Source: Octopus bimaculoides (lineage: Eukaryota). Taken from it: DNA of 64,000 nucleotides. The notes below the pieces were generated by a model that did not search any database, was not told the DNA's origin, and was given only the letters and a program-made list of their open reading frames with translations. Positions 11,935-23,847 of this stretch are shown here, in pieces. Every line of letters starts with the position of its first letter. The stretch's first letter is position 1. Location: the NCBI RefSeq assembly GCF_001194135.2, contig NC_068984.1, forward strand, positions 54,696,932 through 54,760,931. Direction: 5' to 3'. The position numbers and the translations under genes are program-made.

Positions 11935-12790
11935 TAAAAGCTTTATATTTGCTTACATTCATATATAAAAAATTACAGTTAACTTGTATGTTTCGTTACA
12001 TTACAAACTGCAGTTATTTGCGTTCTCTTCATATCGTCAAGTGAATTTAAGGAAGTTATAGCATATATATCCAAGAAAATATATCATCGAAAATTTCTGA
12101 AGTGTTGTCGACGAAAACAAGACAAAAGAAATATGACATTAATATTTAATATGGACGTTTTGGAGTTGTAGATTATTGTTATTATAATATCGGAGAAAAA
12201 GATGGAGAAGGAAACGTTCAAAAGGAGTAAAACGAAGGACGAAGAACTGAGAAAGAATAGGAAGAACAGGAAGATTAGGAGGAGGAGATGAAGTAAAACA
12301 AGAGCAGGAGAAGAAGGAGAAAGAAGCTTAGGAGCAGGAGATGGACGAGAAAAAGTAAACTGTGACAACGACGACGACAAAGAAAATGAAGAAGTAGAAA
12401 AAGAAAAAAAGCGCAAGATATAGTATGAATGCATTCAAGGTCATAAGATCTGAGCACTAAGATGTAAATATGAAAAAAAATCCTCGAGGTAAAAAACCAT
12501 CCTTAAATGGAAAGTTGTATGTGTATGTTAACTGAATTAACAAAAAATTCATTCTTAAATTAGAAGATACATAAAAATTTGCGAGTTGTTGAAATAGAAG
12601 TGAAACTACGATGAATTATGAGAGAGAAAAATCATAATAAAAATAAATATAAGATCAGGCTAAACTGTATGGCTAAGAAATTCGCTTCGTAACCATTGGG
12701 TTTCGGCCCTGTTTACACTTCGTGACACCTCAGGCAGGTGTCTACTGGGGCCCCGAGTGAATATGATTGGCGAAAATGGTATAGAAGTCC
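11935..12790. repeat. Diverged duplicated block, copy 2 (partner 6060-7000)
   Basis: Collinear shared words with copy 1, in the same orientation. Confidence 0.65.
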
Positions 12791-13155
12791 ATCCTGTATA
12801 TANNNNNNNNNNNNNNNNNNNNNNNNNNNNNNNNNNNNNNNNNNNNNNNNNNNNNNNNNNNNNNNNNNNNNNNNNNNNNNNNNNNNNNNNNNNNNNNNNN
12901 NNNNNNNNNNNNNNNNNNNNNNNNNNNNNNNNNNNNNNNNNNNNNNNNNNNNNNNNNNNNNNNNNNNNNNNNNNNNNNNNNNNNNNNNNNNNNNNNNNNN
13001 NNNNNNNNNNNNNNNNNNNNNNNNNNNNNNNNNNNNNNNNNNNNNNNNNNNNNNNNNNNNNNNNNNNNNNNNNNNNNNNNNNNNNNNNNNNNNNNNNNNN
13101 NNNNNNNNNNNNNNNNNNNNNNNNNNNNNNNNNNNNNNNNNNNNNNNNNNNNNNN

Positions 13156-13198
<43 letters not shown>

Positions 13199-13269
13199 AT
13201 GTATATACATACATGTATATACACACACACTAGCAGAGTTACCCAGCGTTGCTCATGATTGAAATAGCA

Positions 13270-13465
13270 TATATTTTTTTATTGTTCTACTTGTTTCGGT
13301 CATGTGAATGCGGCCATGTTGGTATACCACCTTTAGTCCAAGAAATCAACCCCAGGATTTATTCTATGTAAGCCTAGTACTTATTCTAGCGGTTTGCTTT
13401 GCCAAACGGCTAAGTTACAGGGACGGAAACACAGCAACATCTGTTCTCAAGCGATGGTAGGGGTA
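13270..13465 (-). mobile_element. SINE family A right half
   Basis: GCGGCCATGTTGG..CACCTTTAGTC..CCCCAGGATTTATTC..AAGCCTAGTACTTATTCTA..GCTAAGTTACAGGGACG. Confidence 0.75.
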
Positions 13466-14474
13466 GAAATACACACAGACACACACACACACTCACACAC
13501 ACACACACACACACACATATCCATATGTGCATATATATACATATATATATACATATATATACATACATATATATGTATATATACATATATAAATGTATAT
13601 ACATATACATGTATATATAAATATATATATATATATACTTACATATATATATATATATATANNNNNNNNNNNNNNNNNNNNNNNNNNNNNNNNNNNNNNN
13701 NNNNNNNNNNNNNNNNNNNNNNNNNNNNNNNNNNNNNNNNNNNNNNNNNNNNNNNNNNNNNNNNNNNNNNNNNNNNNNNNNNNNNNNNNNNNNNNNNNNN
13801 NNNNNNNNNNNNNNNNNNNNNNNNNNNNNNNNNNNNNNNNNNNNNNNNNNNNNNNNNNNNNNNNNNNNNNNNNNNNNNNNNNNNNNNNNNNNNNNNNNNN
13901 NNNNNNNNNNNNNNNNNNNNNNNNNNNNNNNNNNNNNNNNNNNNNNNNNNNNNNNNNNNNNNNNNNNNNNNNNNNNNNNNNNNNNNNNNNNNNNNNNNNN
14001 NNNNNNNNNNNNNNNNNNNNNNNNNNNNNNNNNNNNNNNNNNNNNNNNNNNNNNNNNNNNNNNNNNNNNNNNNNNNNNNNNNNNNNNNNNNNNNNNNNNN
14101 NNNNNNNNNNNNNNNNNNNNNNNNNNNNNNNNNNNNNNNNNNNNNNNNNNNNNNNNNNNNNNNNNNNNNNNNNNNNNNNNNNNNNNNNNNNNNNNNNNNN
14201 NNNNNNNNNNNNNNNNNNNNNNNNNNNNNNNNNNNNNNNNNNNNNNNNNNNNNNNNNNNNNNNNNNNNNNNNNNNNNNNNNNNNNNNNNNNNNNNNNNNN
14301 NNNNNNNNNNNNNNNNNNNNNNNNNNNNNNNNNNNNNNNNNNNNNNNNNNNNNNNNNNNNNNNNNNNNNNNNNNNNNNNNNNNNNNNNNNNNNNNNNNNN
14401 NNNNNNNNNNNNNNNNNNNNNNNNNNNNNNNNNNNNNNNNNNNNNNNNNNNNNNNNNNNNNNNNNNNNNNNNNN

Positions 14475-14528
<54 letters not shown>

Positions 14529-14929
14529 CATATATAAACATATATGTATATATATACTTATATATATATACATATATATAGGAGAAATATAAAAAATATA
14601 TAAAAGGAGCAATAATACTGGAGATTCAGTATACACTACGTGGCAAAATTATGACTTGAAAATATGTGGAAAACATATATAAAAAGTGGAAGAGAAATTC
14701 CTTCCTTTCACATAGTTTAATATCTTTTTATAAAGAAATTTTAAAAATATATATACATATTTCATGGATGTAGTGATATCCAACCGGTTTTCGCTATTTA
14801 AATTGGCTTTTCAAGGGACATTGTGAAGTAATCAATTCTTGTGACAAAGGGTTTCGCTATTTTGGATGCTTGAAAAGTATGAATGAGTCTAGAAAGTGGA
14901 CCAAGGGTGGTAACACGTGGCAAGGGAGA

Positions 14930-16420
14930 CAGTTAACTCCTCAGTATAAATTTTTGAAGTAGCCAAGTTTGTATATTAAAGTGTGGTCTGTACTTTTGTA
15001 TGAACAGGTTTTCCTTGTTTAGGCGTTCTTGTAAGAAGATTGAATCTTTGCATTGGTATAATGGAAAGATATGAAAATTCGGCGTTTTATTGTTTGCGCA
15101 TTTGTCGATATGTTCGTTCAGGGCTATCTGCCTGTATTGAAGAAAACGAATCTGTTCTTTATGCAACATGACTCTGCGTCTCAAAGTAGGGCTCGTTTGG
15201 CCCACATAATTGTGACCACAACCTGAGTATGTTAGGACATAGATAAGGTTCTGGGAAGCACATGTGACGTTGGTCTTAAATGAGAAATTTTCTCTTTGCT
15301 GGAATGTGGATTCCGAGCCTTGTGTTAGGTATGGGCATGTACCACAATTAGGTCGTGTGCATTTTTAACTGTTGATGTTGTATGTATTGACTATAGTTTT
15401 GCATTTGTTAGGAGTCTCCTGAGCGATTTGTGTTGCCTTTTGCATTTGAGAAGTTTATGTGTATTTAGGATGCTGTTCATTTTCGGGTCTTGAGTGCGCA
15501 GAGGAAGATTTTGTATGTGTTGTATGCTTCATTGTTTCTGGGTTGTGGGTTGATATGTATGGGAGTGATTTAAAGTGAGGTGTGGTGTTTTGTTTTGTTG
15601 TCCTTAGTGCGTTTGTGTCCAATTTCTTAGCACGTTCAATTCCATGGCCTATATGTGTGGGCTGGTATTGATGTTCATTGAGTGTTATTTTGAGTTCTTG
15701 TAGGCGAAATTTCCGAGTGGTTGTGTCAGATACAATTGTACAGATCCTTTTAGCTAGATTGAATGGGATATTTATTTTGGTACGTTTAGGATGGCATGAA
15801 CTGAAAAGGGGATACTGTTTTGAGTGTTGGTTTGTAGTAGATGTCAGTTACAACTTGGTTGTTGGATTCTTTTATAATCAAAATGTTCAGAAATGGGAGC
15901 TGTTCCTTGCTATATGCTATTGTAAATTGAATATTGGAGTTTATATTGTTCAGTCTGGATTTGAAATCTAGATTTCATTCCAGATGATAAAACAATCGTC
16001 TAGGTACCTTTAGCAGTTTTCTCTTATACACTGGTGGAATGGGGTCCAAATTTTTAGAGCGAAAGTTCATATAGGGTTACCACATTTTTGGCGGTAGTAT
16101 GTTGCATCGGATAGGAAGCAATTGTTTTGTAGGATGAACTTCAGGGATTCAGTGACAAAGATCTGGTTTATGCGGTCCAGGAGAACTTCGGAGTATTTTT
16201 CTAACCAGAATTTTATTCCGTAGTCATGTGGAATGTTAGTGTAGAGGTTGATGACATCAAAGGAGACTAATAGTGCTTCTTCATTGGTGGTTTTTGGTAG
16301 ATGCTCTAATGAAGCTGTTAATGTAACCGAGGAAAGGTTCCAATAGTATATCCAGAAAGTGTAAAAAGAGGGTGGGAAGTGTAAAATTTCAAGCATGGCT
16401 CTGCTCTTCCTCAGAAAGAG
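14930..16420 (-). mobile_element. Penelope-like element (RT plus GIY-YIG endonuclease), pseudogenised
   Basis: RT motif LLVSFDVINLYTNIPHDYGIKFWLEKY..ESLKFILQNNCFL..YYRQK. GIY-YIG region RPNCGTCPY..NLIYVLTYSGCGHNYVGQTSPTLRRRVMLHKEQIR..KENLFIQKYRPHFN. Stops and frameshifts present. Confidence 0.85.
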
Positions 16421-16644
16421 GAAAGAGTAAAGTTCCGGAAAGAAGAAAGAAATAATCCAACGAAAGAACATGTGTGGTCACATGGCTGTTATGTCACCGT
16501 AACATAGCATTACAGCAAAAGAGATAAAAGATTATGTGGAAGACTTAAAAAAGTGTAGTGGAGGTAGTTTGTTCGACTACCCCCGTTAAAGTGCTGCCTT
16601 AGTATGGCCGCTGCCCAATGACTGAAATTAGTAAAATAATAATA

Positions 16645-17140
16645 ATTTCTATTATATAGAGAAGGCCGCATGAATGGAATTTCAACCATGTTTCGTGGTC
16701 TGCTACCACAACATCTCCTTTATAGGAACCAGTTAGCTCAAGACGTCATCAGGAGGAACCACGTCCGGTTTCGGCCCCTACTCCTCTACCGTTTTGACGT
16801 GGCGGGGCCACCCCCTTTCGGAGGTGTCTTCAGCTCTGGTGTTGGGTGCATGTCTTCTTTCACTGTTTGTGACTGTTCTAATTCAACTGTGGAATGTCCC
16901 TCGCTATGGTTATTTTCCAGGAGGTTCTGGCCACACGTCTTACGGTTCATCAACCCGCGTTGTTGAATTACTTTCTTCCGACATACCTTCCCATGGTGGA
17001 TTAGGATCCAGTTAGCTGAAGATATCATCAGGAGGAACCACGTCTGGTTTCGGCCCCTACTCCTCTACCGTTTTGACGTGGTGGGGCCCCCCTTTCGGAG
17101 GTGTCTTCAGCTCTGGTGTCGGGTGCGTGTCTTCTTTCAT
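16645..17140 (-). repeat. Structured direct repeat (2 copies of about 132 bp, period 279 bp), pseudo-LTR-like
   Basis: 16729-16862 is nearly identical to 17008-17139. Minus strand carries CTGAAGA, GAAAC and CTGATGA words and several stems. TATAAAAAGGGG lies upstream on the minus strand at about 17208-17219. Confidence 0.8.
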
Positions 17141-17220
17141 CTATTCCCTAGCCTCTTCGATGCAGCATCAACGAGTGTCAGCGTCCGACTGATTGTCATG
17201 TCAAATTCCCCTTTTTATAC

Positions 17221-17381
17221 CTGCTGCTAGGCTCCAGCAGGCTGCCCCAGCAAGTTGTCATGTGACACTGTCTAAATTTCCCGCTGCTAGGGTCCAGTAG
17301 GCAGCCCCAGCAAGTTGTCACATGACACTGTCTAAACTTCCCGCTGCTAGGCTCCAGCAAGTAGCCCCAGCAAGTTGTCAT
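17221..17381. repeat. 60-bp minisatellite, about 2.7 copies
   Basis: Unit CCGCTGCTAGGCTCCAGCAGGCAGCCCCAGCAAGTTGTCATGTGACACTGTCTAAATTTC. Confidence 0.9.
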
Positions 17382-17479
17382 TCATCTAGTAATTGATTTA
17401 TATTCTCGGTTATCGACTACAAAAATATGAAAGTCTGACCCACTGTTCATTATAAGGATATCAAGTAAGGTAAAGGTCT

Positions 17480-18250
17480 ACAATTTTTAGTAGTAACTAT
17501 GATTGGAGTATTATCTCAATAAAGTAAAGAAGGATCTAGCTATTGGGATGAACATGCTTAAAATATTGAGAGGGACATAGCAAGTGATATTCTTTTCTGA
17601 ATTTCAATGTTTGAAACTATAAAGGCAACGTAAAATATTGAAACTATGTTTCTGGCTAATGCGTGATGCTAATGAGGTGAAGTTTCCGCGACATTTGCTT
17701 CTTGCAGACATTTCAGATTCTAAGAGAGATATTTTCACTGATTGTTTTTATAATGTTCTTAGTGTAGTTAGAGTGTTTATGAATATAATTTAAGGATTCG
17801 TTGTACTTCCTAAATGGGAAGAAGTGTGAGTTTGGAAGGTAAAAGGTGACATCTTCAAGTTGGTCACAGTACAAATCAGAAATCAAAATACTTTGAAAAA
17901 CAATCAGATTCTACTGGATGCAAGTGTGTTGCAATTCAGTCAAGAAAGCAGGTTGCCATTTTGGTAAAACAGATGACAATCGATAAGATCGCTAATTTCC
18001 GCTGAGTCATTTGTGTCCATGCTTAGATCGAACAGAATATTTGAAGATTTTTTTATGATACGGCATCGTGGTGTTTTAAGATCGTTTTGCATGCGTGCGT
18101 TATTTTGTCGATATCTGACTTTTTAATGTTGGTTATGGATTTAGCAAACTAGACCATACCGAATAGAAGAAAAGTAATAGAAGAAAACTAATCTTTTAAA
18201 CTAGACTATAGGAATTTAGTATTACTTTTGTGAAGAATACGTTTAAACCA
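17480..18250 (-). mobile_element. Second-type Penelope-like RT, highly decayed
   Basis: Minus strand FAKSITNIKKSDIDKITHACKTILKH..LFDLSMDTNDSAEISDLI..DLYCDQL aligns by eye to the PLE RT motifs FDVTMGSxDGAExCELVG and GLYRDD. Confidence 0.55.
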
Positions 18251-18799
18251 TTTCATGACATTGTTACTACTCTACCGTGAACGCAAAGAATTACGATATC
18301 AAATATAAATTTGCTAATTTTTCCAATATCCGTTTTCATGGTGTTTGTAATTTTAACACTAGACTTTTGTTAAATTTATGTTTGTGGCATTTCTTTGTGA
18401 AATAAAGAACTTTCTTACACAAATTAATGGCGATTGGAAATTAGTATATGGTAGGTATTTTTTAAATTCATTTCGCATATATGTTGAGTTTTATCCTATT
18501 GGAGAAAAATATGATTTAATATTTTTATGTTATATAATTTGTGTTCCATCGTCCTCTCTAAAACTTCTTTTCTGTTCTTCGTGTCATGAATTTGAAGTAT
18601 CACTTCCAGGAAGGAATCGCAGTGTTTTGAGTTAAGCTATTTTCTGATTCTAGATGTCAGTAAGTTGGAAAAATATGTCAGTAAGAAAGGTCACTAAAAG
18701 GACTAAAGTTGCTGTTATTTATTAATTCAATAGTTTTGTTAGAAAGTGCAGTATGTTTCAGTCATTTGATCTTAACAGAGGAAATATAGGTTAAAGAAT

Positions 18800-19010
18800 A
18801 TTTTACTTGTTTCTGTCATTGGACTGCGCCCATGCTGTCGCACAGCCTTGAATAGTTTTAGTCGAACAGATCGCCCCAGTACTTATATTTTAAGCCGAGT
18901 GCTTATTTTATCGACCCCCTCTTACCGAACCTCTAAATTACGGGAACATAAATAAAACAACACCAGTTATCAAACGGTGGCGAGGGATACATACATAACA
19001 CAAACACAGG
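18800..19010 (-). mobile_element. SINE family A right half
   Basis: TTTTACTTGTTTCTGTCATTGGACTGCG.CCATGCTG..TTTAGTCGAACAGATCG.CCCCAGTACTT. Confidence 0.7.
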
Positions 19011-19035
19011 CACACATCACTCTCTCTCACATTCT

Positions 19036-19088
<53 letters not shown>

Positions 19089-19865
19089 ATGTAGAAATAA
19101 TTTTCAGTCATCCAAAATGAAATCTTTTGCGTCGCTGTATTCTAGACAAAGGTGATAAATTAATTAGTACCATGACAGCCTACTAGAACCTTATATCCAG
19201 TTTTGTCTACACCAAAGTGTAAGACTTGGGGTGGTAAAAAAAGGGAATACCTGATGGGGAAGGGGTGATGATTAAAGGAAAGAAGGATAGGAAGAGCTGA
19301 CAATATTTAGTTTAATTGTCATTTGAAAGGGAAGGCAATGAAAGACCAAAGGAATAAAGTACTAGAAATTAGGGGGGAAGAGAAGTGCAGAGAATAAGAG
19401 AAAGGGCACATTGTAACTTAACATATTTTTAATGTTAAAGCAAAATATAATTAAATATATAGATGAAGGCTAGAAGTTACACTTAAATTTTTAAGGGGAT
19501 ACTTTAAGATATAAGAGAAATATTAAGACATTTCATAAATGTAGTGTATAGAATATTCTGGTAAAATATTACATGATGAATGTATAACGAATTGTTTGTA
19601 ATATAAATAGATACTTTAGTGTACATTAAACTGATATTAAAACCATTCCCGTCAAAAACGGGTGTGTAAACAAAGGATATGGTAAGGAATGAGATCTAAT
19701 GCATAGGGTGAGTAAATTAGAGATATAAATATATAAAGGAGTGCATTCAGATACAATATTTAAAGAAATTTAGTCCTATAACCACATAATGAATATAAGG
19801 TATAATCAAAAAATTAAAAACTATAATAACATAAGATTACAGAAAACAGTATGTGGGTGTGTGTG

Positions 19866-20030
19866 TGTGGAAGCGCGTGGCTTAGTGGTTAGGGTGTCAG
19901 AATCATGATTGTAAGATTGTGGTTTCGATTCCGGTCCGGGTGACGCGTTGTGTTCTTGAGCAAAACACTTCATTTCACGTTGCTCCAGTCCACTCAGCTG
20001 GCAAAAATGAGTAACGCTGCGATGGACTGG
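19866..20030 (+). mobile_element. SINE family C head and middle, 3-prime truncated at the mariner junction
   Basis: GGAAGCGCGTGGCTTAGTGGTTAGGGTGTC (A-box like)..GGTTTCGATTCC (B-box like)..GTGTTCTTGAGCAAAACACTTCATTTCACGTTGCTCCAGTCCACTCAGCTGG. Confidence 0.8.
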
Positions 20031-20660
20031 ACTCTGCGAAACACCAATGATCCTTTTCTTGACCGATCAAGTCAATGGCTTGATCGTGATGAGTCCCCTA
20101 AATATTTCTCAAAGTCAAAGTTGCATCAGCAAAAATTATGGTGACTGTCTGGTGGTCTGCAATTGGTGTTGTCCATTACAGCTTTCTGGGACCCAATCAG
20201 AGCATTACAGCAGTGGTTTGCTGCAATCAACTAGCTGAAATGCATGCACAATTGCAAAAAAATGAGACCTGCATTGGTGAATCGGCGTGGCCCAATACTG
20301 CCTCACGACAATGCAAAGCCACATGTTGCGGGAATAACGCAGCAAAAACTAACATATTTGGGATACGAGACTTTATCACATCCTCCATATTCTGCTGATC
20401 TTTCACCCACTGACTACGATTTTTTAAGGTATTTAAACACGTTTTTAAGTGATACAATTTGCAGGTCCAAACCAGAGGGGGAATCAGCTTCCAAAGATTT
20501 CTTAGAATGAAAGCCAATAAATTTTTATCAACGAGGCTTACATAATCTCGTTGATCGCAGAAGTTCACGGCTCATATTTGAATAATCAAACATTTCTATT
20601 GTTAATTTTTCCAGAATAAATTTGTTTCTGAAATCAGCCATTATTTTCAGAACAACCTAA
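20031..20660 (+). mobile_element. mariner transposon (DD34D, Hsmar1/cecropia-like), 3-prime half, pseudogene
   Basis: MVTVWWSAIGVVHYSFL..NQSITA..RPALVNRRGPILPHDNAKPHV..LSHPPYSADLSPTDYDFL. Right TIR ..AGCCATTATTTTCAGAACAACCTAA followed by TA. Confidence 0.9.
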
Positions 20661-21287
20661 TATTTATGTAAACTTTAGGTTAGTTCAAATACGTTTCTGA
20701 CGTATCAACTTCTAAAAACTGTTTCACTACAGATCACCGTGGAGACAAAAAAAAAAAAACATTCCTCGTATGAATCCGTCACTAGCATTGACTGATTCGT
20801 TATAAAGCAACTGCTTTCTGTCAGATCAGGGTTAACTTTCTTTGGTATTCCCTGCAAAGGATGGAATAACGCGCCAGAAATTCACCCAAGGAACTCAATG
20901 CTGCATTTACATCTTTTACCATAAGCAAGAATTTTTCTCAATGGTAAACTACAGTAATATTAACTTTAGAAGTTAAAATATATCATAACTGTATTTGAAC
21001 TAGGCTAAAGTTTGTTTATTTCCTATCACCGCTTCCGCTTCGGGTTACAACTTATGATGGTGGGGCTTTATCTCCCCGTTAGAGATACAGATAAGCATGC
21101 ATTTTGTATCAAAAGCCTATATGAAAGTTTATCTCATGGTATCTACCGCAGTAATGTTTGTTCTATCAGACCATCCACGTTTAAGTGGGAATAACTATTA
21201 TCTCACGATATACATATACATACATACAGAAACATACACAGACGCACGCACACACAAACACACACACACACACACATATATATGTAT

Positions 21288-21336
<49 letters not shown>

Positions 21337-22029
21337 GAGAGAAGAGATAATTAAGACCTATACATAAATGTGTGTATATGTATATATACTTATATTTACA
21401 TATATATATATATATATATACACACGCATATATATATAAATATATACATGTATATATACATGCATATTCACACATACATATATATGTGTGTGTGTGTATG
21501 CAGGTAAACATATATCCCTAACTATGTTGTCAGTTTAATTGCTAACACGTCCAATATTTCACACTTCAGACTGTGCTCTGTATGAATAAAATATTTCTTT
21601 GATACAAAGACACTCTTTGTTGAAAAGGATCACTAGCGTGTAAACCAACAATGAGTATCAGTATTGAAAGAACGAAATGCTTTGTGAGATTCGAAGTAAT
21701 TTGACATCTGAAAGTAAATCATATAAACTCTTAATTCTGTCGCTAAGAAATATATGCAGCCAGCAAATCCCACTTCATTCTTAATCCTTTTAGGATTATA
21801 AAAAGCTGTTTCCAATCCAAGGACGGTATATTTGAGGTACGCGTATAGCCTATTAGATAAAGTACCACTCAAAAGTTACTAACCCCATCAAAAGCTCAAT
21901 TATGTCCTACAACAATAATTCTCTTACACCTGATACAGAGTAACTACTCGTACAGACATCACAGATATGCCAACTGATTGACATGAAATCGTTCACCAAC
22001 ACACTGCTAACTCTTTGTTAGCATTTATA

Positions 22030-22097
22030 ATGTGTCTTCGTTCTTTTTCATTCATCGTTAGTACAGGCCATTGTTCCTCGGTGCTGGTTAATCTGGA
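22030..22097 (+). CDS. Possible first coding exon of the six-Cys protein gene (uncertain)
   Basis: ATG at 22030 (A at -3), preceded by CTAAC..TTGTTAG. Encodes MCLRSFSFIVSTGHCSSVLVNL+GA. The phase-2 donor GA|GTAATT is compatible with the next exon (93-nt intron). Only weakly signal-peptide-like. Confidence 0.25.
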
Positions 22098-22190
22098 GTA
22101 ATTTCCACTCGTGTTTTTTACTTTCTTTTGTTTTCCGTATAGTGTATCTCACCTAACCTAAATTTTGCATTATTTGTTCATTTCTTCCAG

Positions 22191-22322
22191 TTTTGCAACT
22201 TGTTCGAAAGAAACATCATCACAGTGTCTCAATGAAATTGACTTGGCAAAAGCTGTTATCACAGCTCCTTCTTCCAGACCAAACAATAATAATATCTCAA
22301 AGAATTGTCACGATATAACTAA
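22191..22322 (+). CDS. Candidate internal exon of a small Cys-rich protein
   Basis: Branch point CCTAAC plus TTTGTTCATTTCTTCCAG acceptor. 132 nt, open only in the phase 2-2 frame: FATCSKETSSQCLNEIDLAKAVITAPSSRPNNNNISKNCHDIT. Donor AA|GTTAGC. Confidence 0.55.
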
Positions 22323-23504
22323 GTTAGCCGTCTACCAAATTTGAGTCTTTGTGCCTATGGTAGTGATTAATATTCATCCAGCACAAGCGCTTTGTATTTG
22401 AGTGACAGACAAAATGCCTTACGGTATTTGTGCCTTTTAGTTTCATTTCTTCGAATCTCACTAAGCTCAGCTATGCTTTTCTTGGAGCGATAAAATAAAC
22501 TCCAGTAAGAAAAGTAAGTCCAAGGATCGATGACTCTTTATCCAATCCATTTTAAAACTGTTTTCTTTAACAGTTTCGGTCTAAATGTATTACAGACCTA
22601 CTGAGAGCTTGAGGTTTCTACAGCAGCAGCTTGCCTGAATCGTCACGAGTGGAGGAATTATGGAAGACTTCTCACGTTTCTCCTTTGTTGAGATTGATTT
22701 CGCTTGTAATATTTTTATCGAAACAAATCATATCTCCCTCTACCGTCAAGTGGTTATGGAAGGTAAATCTAATACCTCGAGTCTAGCCTCATATTAGATT
22801 CTCTTATTTTCGTAATTAAGCTATTATTTGATAAATTATCTGTTTCCATGAATATTTCCTCTTGTCTCAATATTGTTATGAATCTTGACACATGTTACAG
22901 ACAGACATATGATAAAATCAACTCTGATTTTAAAGTTTGATCTATAGCTCATTATTGTATTGATATTACAACGGAAATTAACTTTTCTTAGTGATAGAAT
23001 AATAAATAAAACTTGGAAAAAAGAAACAAAAAATAAAAACAGAGCACTTTTCCAATCACAGCTTTATAACTCATATTTTTTATGAAAAGAATTGTGAAGT
23101 TCAGAGTTATTTCAATCTTGAAATCATTATTCGATATTATTTGATATAATTTTTAAAAATATTTGATTGAGAAGAACCACCCTTTTAGTTTTCTTTTTTA
23201 AATATTTTATGAAGGACAATCTTCTTGCGTCATTCTAACTGCCACAAACGTCACACGCACATAAATATAAGCGTTAAATTTGCATCGTAAAAGAAGAAAA
23301 AATATTGATAGAAGAAAATCGTCAGCAACTACATTCATGAAAAGTATTCGCTTTTGTCATACATGTTTGTCTAAATTAAATATGCCAAACTCACCTTAAG
23401 AATACATATACCAACATAATTTCATTTGAACCCAACTATAGGCCCACTGAATATCATAGCAGAAACATCTGTAAGCTAATGAAGTTCATAAGATAATCAT
23501 TTAT

Positions 23505-23640
23505 TTTCAAATTCCGCCGAGGTCGACTTTGCCTTTCATCCTTCGGGGTCGATAAATTAACTACCAGTTGCATACTGGGGTCGATTTAATCGACTGGCCC
23601 CCTCCCCCCAAATTTCGGGCTTTGTGCCTAGAGTAGAAAA
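23505..23640 (+). mobile_element. SINE family B, 5-prime truncated, low divergence
   Basis: TTCAAATTCCGCCGAGGTCGACTTTGCCTTTCATCCTTCGGGGTCGATAAATTAACTACCAG..GTGCCTAGAGTAGAAAAGA. Confidence 0.85.
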
Positions 23641-23816
23641 GAAGATAATCATTTATTCCTTTGTCATTTCTTTTTCTTATTTCTTATATATAAATATATT
23701 ATGTGAAAATTATACTTACACACATACACGAACACGCACATACATACATGCATACATATATACATGTATACATGCATACATACATACATGCATGCATACA
23801 TACATACATGCATACA

Positions 23817-23847
<31 letters not shown>

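Noticed and set aside
17221-17381. Regular repeats as a possible CRISPR array
   Set aside because: Contiguous tandem units without unique spacers, eukaryotic context, no cas genes.
19866-19935. tRNA-like A/B boxes here and at 56006-56050, 11490-11553 and 39100-39128
   Set aside because: These are SINE heads; no complete cloverleaf or acceptor stem, so not tRNA genes.
22574-22700. Acceptor TTTTCTTTAACAG followed by FRSKCITDLLRA* or FGLNVLQTY*ELEV.. as next exon or selenocysteine read-through
   Set aside because: All frames stop early, the phase-compatible frame gives no Cys pattern, and no SECIS was identified. The exon at 24391 fits better.
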